DNA of 64,000 bases from contig NW_027191406.1 in NCBI RefSeq assembly GCF_041146345.1, positions 1-64,000 on the forward strand, given 5' to 3'. Under the pieces are notes generated by a model that made no database searches, was not told the origin of the DNA, and saw only the letters and a list, made by a program, of their open reading frames with translations. Positions 22,538-35,168 of the stretch are shown here, piece by piece. Source of the DNA: Neodothiora populina. Its lineage: Eukaryota. The first letter of the stretch is position 1. Every line of letters starts with the position of its first letter. Both the position numbers and the translations under genes were made by a program.

Positions 22538-24566
22538 ATGCTTGAGATGGACGCAAAGTTGGCGATACTCGCTGAGGGAACTCGCAAGAGATTGACCACC
22601 GTCGAAGCATGGCGACTAGAGAAGACCCCAAGTGCCTTTGTTCCTGAGGGACAGCATTCGAATTTTGACATGGAACCAGTTCCCGTGAGTTATTCCTGCC
22701 AGTGAGATGTGTAGTATTCTGATCATTGTGTAGAGAGAGTCATGGACTTGGACCACGTCCACCTTCATCGCCTACTGGATGTCAGATCTCCTCGGTGTCA
22801 CGTCGTGGACGACTGTTGCATCATTTATGGTGAGTGAACATACAGTTCTGGACCGTAAAGTACATATCCATGACCTTACATTTTCCTAGGTTCTCGGCCT
22901 CAACTGGTGGCAGTCTGTCCTTGCTGTCTTCACAGGTGGTGTGCTTCTCGGAGTTGTGCTTGCTATCAATGGTATCATTGGAGCCCGCCTTCATACTCCT
23001 TTCGCGATCACCGCGCGTTCGGTGTTTGGATACCACTTCAGTTACTTCCCCATCGTCTCTCGCATGGTCATTGGTTGGTTTTGGTTCTCAATCAATACCT
23101 ATCAAGGCGGTCTTGGTGTCGGGCAGATGATCACGGCGATCTGGCCGTCATACGCGCACTTTGCCAAGTAAGTTATCCACATCGTTTGTCCCTGGGAGTA
23201 ACGGAAGATCGCTTCTGATGCCACTCTGTGTACAGCCACTTGTCTCCAGGCTCGGGATTGACGTCCTACTCTTTCCTGAACTTCTTCCTGTTCTGGTTAT
23301 TCCAGCTTCCCTTCATCTTCATCCATCCTACACGACTCCGGCCGCTGTTCCTGGCGAAGAACATCGCCGTGCCGATCACTGCCCTAGCTACGATGGCGTG
23401 GGCCATACACCGCGCCGGGGACAAAGCTGGCAGTGTTCTGGTAGGAGAGACTACGCTCTCGGGTTTGCCCATGTGGTTCGCCTTTATGACCGCGGTCACA
23501 TCAACCATGGGCTCCATGTCTACAAGTATGTTCGCTCCGAGCTCATTACCCAGAACTTGAGTTGACATTTGCCAGTGGCTTGCAATATCGGTGATTTTAC
23601 ACGTTACAGCAAGAAGCCTGCGGGGGCATATTATCAAGTTCTTGTCATGCCCGTTACATGGAGTTTGATGTCAATCATCGGAGCAATAGGCTCTCAGTGT
23701 GCCTCTGCTGCATATGGTGAGACTTTGTGGCAACCATTCGACATTGTCGGAAAATGGCAAAATACTGCCGGTGGTCGTGCAGCTGCGTTCCTTGCATGCT
23801 TGGCCTGGCTGTTGGGAAACATCGGTTCGAACATCACAGCGAATTCGATATCTGCTGCTAATGATTTGACAACCCTCTTTCCGAGGTATGCTTGCTTGCT
23901 ATTCCGTTGATCCCATGGCTGGTCTGGTGGCTAATTCGGGGTAGATACATTAACATCTACCGTGGCCAATGGGTCTGCGCAACAATTGGCGTCTTTGGCT
24001 TCGCTCCATGGAAGGTCTTAGCGAGCGCGAGCAATCTTCTTGCGTAAGTACAGCATCGAACCATCTATGTTATGATTGGATCTAATGATCTTATTTGCAA
24101 TAGTTTCATGAATTCGTACTCTATCATCCTTGCGCCAATAGGAGCAATATTAGCAGCCGACTACGTGTTAGTCAAACATGGTCGGATCGACGTTCCAGAA
24201 CTATACAACAGACCTCAGGGTATCTACAGATACACAAGGGGCTTCAATTGGCGGGCAGGAGTAGCTCTATGCGTTGCTATTGCACCAAACATGCCCGGTA
24301 TGATCAATGCGATCCAGCCAAAGATTGCTATCGGCGGTGCAAAATATGTTTATTGTGTGGCGGACATCTTCGGCATGGTCGTTGCGGCTACAGTGCATGT
24401 GGGCCTTTCCAGACTGTTTCCTGACGCACCATCGGTCATTGATTACCACTTGTCTGCAGAAGATGCCATTCTACATGGCCGGACGCCTGAAAGAGACGAT
24501 CTAGACCTGGATATGGACGACATGGAAAAGGGCCCTGATGCGAAAAGCATCGAAGTAGTAGCTTAA
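22538..24566 (+). CDS. NCS1-family permease (Fur4/Dal4/Thi7-like nucleobase/allantoin/thiamine transporter), multi-exon
   Basis: Spliced segments NFDMEPVP, WTWTTSTFIAYWMSD, ARSVFGY, NIGDFTRYS, NITANSISAANDL, APW, ADY and YRYTRGFNWRA; multiple short GT-AG introns. Confidence 0.93.
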
Positions 24567-24611
24567 AGGAGTGTTACAGGTGGAAGAAGCCGAACTTGGG
24601 CGTGTCTAAAA

Positions 24612-24680
24612 GCCATTGAGATGCCCAGTGATGCTAGTAAATGCCAGTAAATGCCAGTAAATGCCAGTTGTTGCCAATAA
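24612..24680. repeat. Degenerate 10-bp tandem array (ATGCCAGTAA)
   Basis: atgcccagtg|atgctagtaa|atgccagtaa|atgccagtaa|atgccagttg|ttgccaataa. Confidence 0.85.
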
Positions 24681-26177
24681 GCAGGTTATGGTCTGCGGAG
24701 AGTAGAGCGTTCTCTGTGCTGCTGTCGAAAACGACTGTGAGTGGCGGAAAGGTGACCCTTCGAGCAAGAATGTGAAACGTACGATATAAGAACACGATCA
24801 TTCATCTATCACGTATAGTGCGGTCGGATGAGCGACTCCGCACTTGCTCTCGAGACATCTCCACTTTGTGTCGGGTCTACTGGAGTTTCTCTCCATGTGT
24901 CAGGCGCAGTTTGTCCGCAATTGATGGGGTAACGAGTCCACAAGGCGGGAACGCTAGATGGCGTGATTCAGGTACAAAATAAGTACGGATCACTCCGGCC
25001 AGTAAGGTAAGAGCAAATGCAAGGTACCTGGATACGGTACTTGTACCTTCCATACCTACTCGAATACCAAGGCTTGGCTACCATCATGCACAACGGGTCG
25101 TGTGGAAAGCGAAATAAAAAAGTGCCATACCTTACCCTGTCTTAGTATTCGCAAGGTACAGTACTTGTACAGTATGGAGTCTCGTATTTTTTAAGACTTC
25201 TCGGAACACTAAAGCTCGCAAACAAACTGCTCAGGATCGTCCAATGAATGATGGAACACGATGAGCAGCCAGTTTCTCTGTAGATTGACCACATGAAAGT
25301 TTGTTGGACCTACAGTCGACGCGAAGCAGGAAAGCGTCACCTGTCGCTTCTACTGCACTTCGCTGCAGACATGGATATTATAGGGTCGATCTCCGTCTAG
25401 CCTCATGAATATGGTGAGTAATATATGAATAGCTGGGTCCGTTAGAGAACACCCTGCTCTTACTCAATCAATACCGCAAGGTAGGTTGTTTACTGTGCAG
25501 TCTAGACTCTGAGCATGCCTAAGCTTTGCTTCCGGCAAACGGCGGCTTGTTATGAATTTCAAAGCACTTGCGGAATACTTCCTTGATTCTTGTCATCTAT
25601 TAATTTTACCTCACTTTGGAATAGCATCGACATGCGGCAAGAAAATGAAACGTCGAGAACAATCGAGTGCGGTGGATGATGTAACGTACGCGTCCCTCCG
25701 TCGGCTAACAGCGACCAAGTTTCTTCTGTTCGACCATGTACCTGTATTTCAAAGCACAGCGGAACACTTTCGCTGTATAGCGTTATACTTGGCACGAAGG
25801 AGAATCTCTTGATCTAGGACATCAGTTCCCCGTTTAGCGTGCGATGGCGGGGCGGCAAGTTTCTCCATACACGGCCATTGCGGCATCGCGATCATCATTT
25901 CCTCTTCGCTTTTGAAACAAGGTGAAATTTGAGTCTAGTAAGTCGCCTTATGATTTATCAGCTCCACATGGAGATGTCAGGGGATCGACACTACTGTCTC
26001 TTTATTGCTGCGGAACACTTCCTCTGGACATCTTGGAGAGGGTGGTCCGATGAATATAAGAGCAGGCCGCCGCAGGATCATCAAGGTCCGTCAACGCTCA
26101 TTTGATAGTTTTCCTTGACTACTATCAGTCCTTGTTGATAGAGATATAATCTTCTTTTCTCTTCCGGAAAACAAAAC

Positions 26178-27427
26178 ATGAAGTTCGCTTCCAGTGGTTT
26201 GGCCGCATTGGGCCTTTCTGCCCCAGCACTCGCTGCTGTGCTGCCTCATTTGAACTCGTACCCAGGACACTCTCCTAAAGTTGACAATCGTACTCTTGAC
26301 GAGATCTATGCCGCTGCCAAAAACGAGTCTGGGGAGTTGATTGTACTTTGGGGAGGAGATGGTGAGTCAAACACCTTCGCATTGATGTTCGCATGCTGTA
26401 AAGCAAATATTAATGCATTTATGCAGAGGTCAGCCAGGGCGACGCAACTATCAAGGCATGGAGGGAGAGATTCCCCGATGTCAAGTTGAACCTGACTGTC
26501 GATGTGTCCAAGTACCATGACAGCCGTGTCAACCGTCAATTCACTCGCAATGGCGACGATGGCGCCGACATTGCAGTTCTGCAGACCCTTCACGACTACG
26601 GTCGCTGGAAGCGTGAGGGCAGACTGCTTAACTACAAGCCCGTCGGTTGGGAGAACATTTACTCTTCCATCAAGGATCCCGATGGTGCCTTCCTCGGAAC
26701 ATACATATGTGAGTCACATCGATCTTGCTTCCTATATCAATTAGCATGCTAATTCGTATGTTTTTACTCAGACCAATTCGGTAACCTTGTCTACAACACC
26801 GACCTGTTGAATGAGACCGACGTGCCATCGAGCTACGCCGACTTCGCCGACCCCAAGTGGAAGAGCAAGCTCGCACTCACCATCCCCAACGATGACGATG
26901 CCATCACCTACCTCTTCTCCGTGATCATCGGCAAGTACGGATGGGAGTGGTTTGACGCAATTGTCAAGCAAGACGTGCAGTGGATCCGTGGTACTGGCGA
27001 GCCAGCAGACTGGGTTGCTGCTTCCAACAACTCCCGCTCAATTTCCTTCACCACCAACCTCAACACCGATACCAACCTCGGCAGCAAGACCCCCGATGAC
27101 GCCCGCCTTCTCTGGCCTCAGACCGGTGCCATCTTCGCAACTTCCAAGAGACCCGAGAGCTCCAAGCTCTTCATGAGCTGGTTGATCAGTGACGAGTACC
27201 AGCAGCAGTTCGTTGACGGTGGATACTACCTGGCCCGCAAGGACTTGAACTCCACCCTTGGAAGCATCTGGGATGACGATTTTACTGCCCTGACTCAATT
27301 CGCTACTTTCGAGGAGAACAGAGACCTCGTTGAGTGGTGGAGACTCCAATTCGAGACTTCCCTCGGTACCGCACAGGGTCCCAGCCCCGTCGAGTCCAGC
27401 CCCTACGGCAACGTCTCTACCCTTTAG
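26178..27427 (+). CDS. Secreted periplasmic-binding-protein-like II (Fe3+/thiamine ABC solute-binding family) protein, 3 exons
   Basis: Signal peptide; motifs TLDEIYAAAK-E-GELIVLWGGD, VDVSKYHD, LQTLHDY, PSSYADFADPKWK-KLALTIPNDDDA and AIFAT-KRPE-SKLF. Introns 26362-26426 and 26709-26771. Confidence 0.88.
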
Positions 27428-30033
27428 ACGTGGTCAACATCGGAGATATAGATGGATTTGAGTGTTGTAAAGATTCGCAGTAAAGTAAACATTGTGATAC
27501 ATTATTTCTGGGAGTTGTATAAAGAAACTTTAGGTTGTAATAAATAAATCACCAAGATTCCGCCCATTTGTGCTATTCCAGAGTCCCCACAGCCCCACAT
27601 GTTCGTGCTATAGAAGTAGCCAACACCACAGTACAGTTCATATTAACTACAATCAGAGACAAGAGACCACTTAGTGCGGGAGTCGCACGAAAACATATTT
27701 CCATTCCAATACCCACCAACTGAAGCAGATTGGAATAAGCTCATGTTATGTTCTATACGATTGCAATGTCGATCTTGGAACAACTCGTGAATTATCGGCG
27801 CCATGGGGTCCTATGAACAGGGTTCCCCTCGATCACATGGCTAAGGTACGCGAGTCAGACGGACATGCAGCATGACTTATGCCCGGTCGCATATGGTAAG
27901 GTATCCCGTACGGTCAGGTACCTTTCAAATTTGTACATAGAATTCGATGAGAACCGCACCGTTCATTCGAACGATTGACAATCATATCTCAATCTGTTGT
28001 GATAAATGTCAATGGACTCAGATGAATTCGATCATCGAACTCTCGAGACAAACCAGACAAACCATTCAACAGCAACTCGCGCTTTCCTTGCCCCCAATTC
28101 GGACTAATAAGGAGGAATTGGGAGATTGCAGATCCTTTGCGATTTTCCATCTTCTCGAAGGCAGGATCATCGCTTCGTGTCGTAGACTTGAAGCGGCCAG
28201 GGGACATCACAACTCGAAGATCAAGGACCAGGAGGCGTATGGTGGTGTCAGATGAGTTCTTTTTGGCTATGAATAGGTTCTCACTGGTCACTTGATCTTC
28301 TGGGAGTTTCCCCAGTTATCAAGATAATCGTGACTAATTTCCAAGGCCAGAGGTAGCATGTTGACCTACTGTGACCGCTCTGGCTCTAAAGACAACTTAC
28401 TGGACGGTAGAAGAGGTATGATTGCTTCCATCGGGCATGAAATTGTGGGACTTTAGGGCCCAGACGCGTCGGCGTGGACGACAAACCGTGGCTGCCGATC
28501 CGAACTCCGGTTTACGTCTGATGGCTTGGCAGTTTGCCTTGCAGCGCCGAAAGCTCGGTAGAATCGGTATGCCTTGTTCCCCCATGTCTCATCAGGCAGT
28601 CCGAAACACCTCGCATGTGGACTCGACGCTCCGTTATGAGGTTTGGGAATGGATGAATCCACAGAGGTGTCTATCCGGCGCCCTTCAACCTAGCTTGCAA
28701 TGCCGTAAGATGTGTTAGTCATATGTAGTCTCAAATCAAGTGGATTGGTCCATGTCATGGTCGAGAAATGAAGATGGCTTCACACAGAGTAATTGTCAAG
28801 GTATCCATGCCAGAGAAGTCCATGTTCCGCCCCTCAAGTAGCACTGTAGGAACAGCACAACAGCAGTGCACGAGTCAAGGAACGGGGGCAGTTGATGGAG
28901 AACGACCAAGATATGATCTCAGCTTTCTTGTCCAATCAACGTGGCCCCCTCTTTGCCTTAGGTCCCGCATTGTGATTGCATTACAGCATTGTCCTGTCAG
29001 CCGTCGACGTTCCGCCGCTGTTCTCGAGTCTTGTTTCTTGCTGTTCAGGCACAAGCTTTCTGCTTCGCTCGAGTTGACGGGTACCCGAATTCGAAGAGGG
29101 TAGACCGATCTGACCCCACCAAGCAGACACGAAACTCTACACAGTGGTGACTGCTGCTGCTTATTGCTGTAGTTATTGTGCTGCCTTGTTCTGTATTTTG
29201 CTGCCGGATATACGTGCTTGTACTGGTACAACTCAGCTGCGATACTGTACAGTACGATACCTTGCACCAAAAGCGAAACCTTACTTTACTTCCTACACTT
29301 CTCTTGTTTACCTAAACTTGGATCACCTGAAGTGGTTTTCACCGTTTTTCTCTTTCCGCTTTGAGTCAGCCAGCCGTGCGTGCTGCAGTGTCGCAATCGA
29401 GATAGGGACAGCAGAACAAAGGAACAATAGCCCTTTATAGGCGACAATCACGAGTCGAGCAGCGCAAGACAAGACAAAGACAGAAGACAAGACAACGACA
29501 AGGGCATTGTGGCAACTCAGGATCGGAAAAGGCAAAACAACAGATCCCGCGCCAACGCATCCCCTCCCTCGGTCCCTTGGTCTCTTGGTGGCAGGTCAAC
29601 TGTCAACAAAGCTGTGTGGTGCCGCCCAGCTGTCATCATAACAAACCGCCTCAAAGTTCTTGCTCTTGCCTTATCCGCCGACACCTTCCTTGACTTTAAG
29701 CTTCCCTTTACGGATTGCAATTCTTCTGCAAATCCGCCCCGATTTTGCAGTCGCAATCAGTCATCGACACGCATGGCAGTCGTTCGTTGATTTTCTTCGG
29801 ATTCTTTCCTCTTTTTCTCTCTATTTCCTCTCTTCTATTTTCCCTTGGACTTCCCCAAAATACAACTATCACCGGCCCCACAACGACCGGGCATCTCCAT
29901 ACGATTATCTCTACAGCACGTGTTGATCCACCCAGGGACGCACAACCCCCCTCTTTTCGAACTGTCCCGCTATCGCCGACCATAGAAGACAATACACAAT
30001 CGGCGGCGCATAGCATTTAACAAGTCACTCGAC

Positions 30034-33000
30034 ATGGCTGCGACTCCGCCAGCTTTGTTGAGCGTCTCCAATGGAGCCAACGGAGACGATCCCTTCTTGT
30101 CGCCCAGTCTACCGCACCACGTCCCGCATCGATACGCATCTTTCGACAACAGCCAGACACAGTCGCTATTCAACAGCAGCTCGCCGAGTCAGGCAAAACG
30201 CGCCCTTGAGGCACATCTCAAGGACACGGACAGACGCATCCAAGACGCGTCGCGTCTCGGCCAGACACTTCTGAAACAACGAAAAGACCTCTCGGAGCGT
30301 CTCAAGGATGTCGAACACGAAAAAGACGACAACGAGATCGGTCCAGAGCTGCAGAAGAAGCTCGCAGACCTGGAGAAGGAGTACACTGCAGTCGGGCGAG
30401 AATCCGCTCGCACTTTTCTGCCCAAGAATCGCATCGTCTCGCAGGACTTGACTGGTCCAGGTAGTCCCGCAGTCTTCGCCGCCGACTCTCGCGCTTCGCC
30501 CTCCAAACTCTCCGCCCCCTCGCGACGACAGCGCAACCAGCCCGCCAATCGAGTGCACGACATCGAGTTCGCCACGGAGATCAGTACTTCCCTGCTCGCT
30601 CAGGTCAGACAGCTGCAGGCCGTGCTTGCGGAAAAGGACGACACGCTACGGACGACGACGGCCGAGAAGACGCAACTAGAGACAGACATTGCGCTGCTGA
30701 CGCATCGGCTCAAAGTCCTCGACGAGAGCGAGCAAAAGTACAAGGAAGAGAATTGGAACCTCGAGACCCAACTGCAAGAGATCCAGTCCTCGCTCAAGGA
30801 CTTGACGGACAAGGAGAACCGGCTGAACCAGATCCTCAAAGCCACCCAGGCCGAGAGGGATGCGGCACAGCGCGACTTGGAGGAGCTCAAACACTCGCAC
30901 GGCAGACTGGCCGAGGACCAGGAGTTGTTCAAGAAGCAGACGGACGCCGAGTTCCACGGTCTACGACGCGATCTGGCGAACCACGAGTCGCAAAGAGATG
31001 TCTTGCAGAAGAAGATCGAAGAGCTGACTTCGCAAAACACCGAACTCGCCCGCGCCGTCGCCGCAAGATGGCACGACGGAGATCAGGCCAACGACCGCAG
31101 CCCGGCAGGCGGAGACCTGGATCTCATGACGGGAGGACATTCGCCCGACGACTCGCCGCCTCCCTCGCCATCCAAGACGCCAGCAAGAAACGGCATGCTT
31201 GAGAGCGAGACGCTCAAGTCGTCACTGACCCACGCCCACCGCATGATCCAGAGTCTCAAGAACAACATCCACCGCGAGAAGACGGAGAAGATCGAACTCA
31301 AGCGCATGCTGCAGGACGCGAGAGACGAGGTCGAGTCCCTGAGACACGGCGGCAATGCCTCGGTGGCCAAAAAGCGCCGTTCCGCCCAAGACAACGCGAG
31401 GAAACAGATCCGGCCGGAGAAGCTGGGCGCAGCGAGAAGCAGCACGCAAGAGATCATCATGGACGTCGACGACGACGAGGAGTGGGAGGACAACGGAGAA
31501 GCGTCGCCCAGCCGCGCGGCATCGACCAGACTGAGAAACGCCGCTTCGTCTACATCCTCACACCCACACCGCCACGTCGACACCGAACACGACAACAGCA
31601 CGGATGCATTCGAGACGGCCAATGAACGCGACGGCACCACGACCGAGTCCGAGGCCTTTGAGACGGGCGTCGAGACTCTCGGTGGAGCCAGCAGTGACGA
31701 TTTGACCGAGACCGAAGGCACGATCCGCGGCAAGTCCTCAGTCTCCTCGAGACCCTCCATCTACCCCAGCGGCAACGCCGGCGACAGAATGTCCTTCCAT
31801 TCCTTCCAGTCTTCCGCTTCCACCGACGACGAGGACAAGGGCGACCATGTGCGCACACCCGTGCAACAGCAGCATCCCAAGCTACGACTCCGCAATGTCC
31901 GCAGCAGACGCTCAGCCCGTGCCAGCAGCCTGTCCTCGCAGGACCCCTCCATCATCGGCGAGAGTCCCAGCAGCATTCACTCGAGCGAGAGAGGCACTCC
32001 TCGCGCCCAGGCTGGCCAGAGTCTCATGGCCGAGTTGGAAGGGTTGAGTGACGAGGGGGAGGAGAGCGATGCCGTGACTCCCAGCAGATCCAGCTTGAGA
32101 GAAGACGCCGCCGCTTCTGCTCGTTCGAGTCCGGATGTGCACAGACAGAGAGCCGTAACTGCCACGACTGCCTTGGGAGACGCCATCGGTGAAGACACGC
32201 CTGTCAAGGCAATCAGACCCCAGATGGTTGACTCGAGCATGATGACAGAGCCTTGGGAGCCAGAGAGCAGCAGCTCTATTGTGTCTTCTGCTGCCGGTGC
32301 GGTCGGCGGTGCCATTGCAGGTGTGGCTGGATTCGCGCTTGGCAAGACAGTGGGTGACGACGCTGAAGAAGAGGCTGTCGAGAGCAACAAGGCCCCCGAG
32401 GCAGAGGCTGCTCTCGCTGGAGTTGTGTCTGACCCGTTGGAAGGGTCGACCAAGGACCTTGCGTCCTCGGAGCCAAAAGCTCTCACCGAAGACATGGCGT
32501 CGCGACGAAGAGAGGCTGTGGCCCGGGCGAACATGGGCACCCCTCGTGCTCCGCTGCAGAAGATGGCAGATGTCGTATCACAGCAAACATCTCCCATCTC
32601 GCCAGCTCCTGCAGCTCCGTCGCAGCTCGCCTTCTCCAGCACGACAAGTGCAGCGACCGAGCCTGTCCTTCCACCGAAAGCTGGGCAATCGCAGCCTGCA
32701 GCACTCGGATTTGCTACGCCGAGCATCGCAGAGACCGAGCCCGTCTCCCCTGCTGTCGCACCACTGCCGCAGGTCGGTCGCCTTGCTTTCGCCACTCCAA
32801 GCACCGCAGAGACCGAGCCTATCTCTCCACCACCACAACAGCTCACCCCTCTTGGTTTCGCCACGTCGACCACCGCCGAGACGGAGCCCGTTGCTCCAGT
32901 CGCCGCAACGGTACCGCTTGCCATGTCCTCGATGGTGATTGCAAACACCGAGCCGCGGGAGTCAGAAGCACGTGCCGTCGCCGAGCCATTCAACTTCTCT

Positions 33001-35168
33001 ACCATCGTCGCTCAACAGTCGGAGCCTGTCACCCCTGCAGAGGGGCTTCGCGGTGCTGAGTTCGGCAACACTCCCTTCTCGCAGAGGCCCGACTTCTACA
33101 CCGACTCTGGCTTCTCACCCGAGATGGACGATGAAGCTGCCGCGACTCATGTGCCAATCTACACGGACTCGGGCTTCTCGCCTGAGCAACAGTCTCGCGA
33201 TGTCGTCATTCCTGGCACCGAACATGTCAGACCTGGCGCCGCATTTTTCTCCGCGAACCCTGCCGTACCCCCACCGTCGTCACAGTTCCCGCCGCGAACG
33301 AGCAGCATCCGCTCTGTGTCTCGGGATGTGCGATATGCCGACAAGAGTGTGGATGTCTTCGATGACGAGAACTCGGTGGCCCCGAAGACGTCAAGACCGA
33401 GCACTGCTGCCTCCCGAACGCCATTCGCCGAGGTGTCCAACAACGCTGCTGCTGTCGCCGCCGCCGCTACCACCACCAAGCCGGAGTTCAAGAAGACGCA
33501 CACGTCCGAGACAGGCACACAGACAATCGTGTCCTCCGAGGAGATTGACAACATGCTACGAAACAAGGAGAGAGTGACGGCCGTCTCCGACTACAGCTCT
33601 GCGCACAGTGGAACCAGTCCAAGCAAGTCTTCTGACTCGGCGTCTTTGGCTGCCGCAGCTCTCAAAGCACCGCGCAGACCTACCAGTTCGGGCAGCATGC
33701 GCAAGGGCACCTCTCCCGCACCTCCCCTCCCACTGGACCACAACCTCAAGATCGCCGCGGCATCTGGCAGCATGGGACCCCCGGCGATGCCAGCATCTGC
33801 ATACAAGGGCACCAACGGTACACTGCCACCTCGATCGAGAACGCCCAGTATCACCACGCAATCCGTCCGGAATGGCGCAGGCTCGATTCACCGTCCACGT
33901 GTCAGCAATCCGGGAAGCACGCGGCCAACGTTGGAGTTGCCGACCTCGCCAGGAACGCACACACGTCGCAGCTCCGTGACTTCGTTTGCGTCCGAGCTGG
34001 ACGAACGATTCCATATCAACAACGCCAATATCTATCCCGAAGACATGCCTCCGGCGACCGACCCTCGCATGATCCAGGCCATCACGCAGACCATGATTGG
34101 TGAATACCTGTGGAAGTACACGCGCAAGACGGGACGTTCTTCCGAGATCAGCGGCACTCGCCACAGACGTTTCTTCTGGGTCCACCCCTACACTCGCACG
34201 CTCTACTGGAGCGAGACGGATCCGTCGCTCCACGGTGCCAAGCAGAGCAAGGCCAAGAGTGTCGCCATCGAGGCTATCCGCGTCGTTAGTGATAACAACA
34301 CTTACCCACCTGGACTCCACACCAAGTCGCTGGTCGTGGTTACGCCTGGCCGCGAGATCGTCTTCACCGCGCCGACCAGCGCCCGTCACGAGACTTGGTT
34401 CAACGCATTGACATATCTCTTGTTGCGCACTGGTTCTCAACGAGCCGAGGATGTTAATGACACGCTCGGCGAGTTGACCAGAGACGACGTGGACGAGTTC
34501 AACCCGCAGGTCCGAAGCAACAGCAGGACCAGCCATCGCACGGGCATGACGCTGAGCACCTACAACTCCAAGCTGACCAGGGACACAAACAGCCCGATGC
34601 GTCGAGAATACCTGAGCGAAGTGCCGACGCTTGGTCGCAAGGATGGACAGAGGACATTGAACGCCAAGAGATCGCAAGCACAGTCTATGGGAACACCGGA
34701 ACCGAACAACTACGGCAGTGTGTCGAGCCGTCTGGGCACGTTGTTCAAGAGTCCGGGAAGTCTCAGGGGAAGCTTCTCGAGCACGAGAAGAAGCAAGAGC
34801 GCGATGAGCAACCGACCCGGGGATCCGTCTATGATCGAAGAGGACAGCGAGGACGACCTGAGGGCCGCCGTGGAGAGAGGAAGAAGAGAGCGAGAGGAAG
34901 CTGGCTTGATGGAGAACGTCAGGGCTTGCTGCGACGGCATGTATTTGTCTTTTTTTCCCTTCCAAATCAGATATCAAGACACTAACGTGAGTGACCAGGC
35001 AAGCACGACGTAGGCTCTCTCAATAGAGCGACAGGCCACACGCATACGCATGGAGGAGCGGCGTCAGGAGTCGGATCGGTGATGAGTAGGCACACTTCTG
35101 CACGCTCCCACACCCCATCCAATTCCGAACCCCCTCGTGCACCCAGCCCAGTCAAGCGAGACGAATAG
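30034..35168 (+). CDS. NUM1: Cortical dynein/mitochondria anchor Num1/ApsA (N-terminal coiled coil, C-terminal PH domain), 2 exons
   Basis: NRVHDIEFATEISTSLL, long heptad region and PH domain TDPRMIQAITQTMIGEYLWKYTR...RHRRFFWVHPYTRTLYWS. Removing a GC-AG intron at 34937-34998 restores the conserved ENVRACCDGKHDV. Confidence 0.95.

Noticed and set aside
22200..27427. TPP riboswitch near the NCS1 or solute-binding genes
   Set aside because: No aptamer core motifs seen in the UTRs or introns by eye; a covariance-model search would be decisive.
1300..29000. Starship-type giant element or secondary-metabolite cluster
   Set aside because: No tyrosine-recombinase captain, PKS, NRPS or terpene synthase is visible.
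30166..34977. Long antisense and alternate-frame ORFs over NUM1 (up to 473 aa)
   Set aside because: Shadow ORFs of a GC-rich, codon-biased gene; no domain signal.
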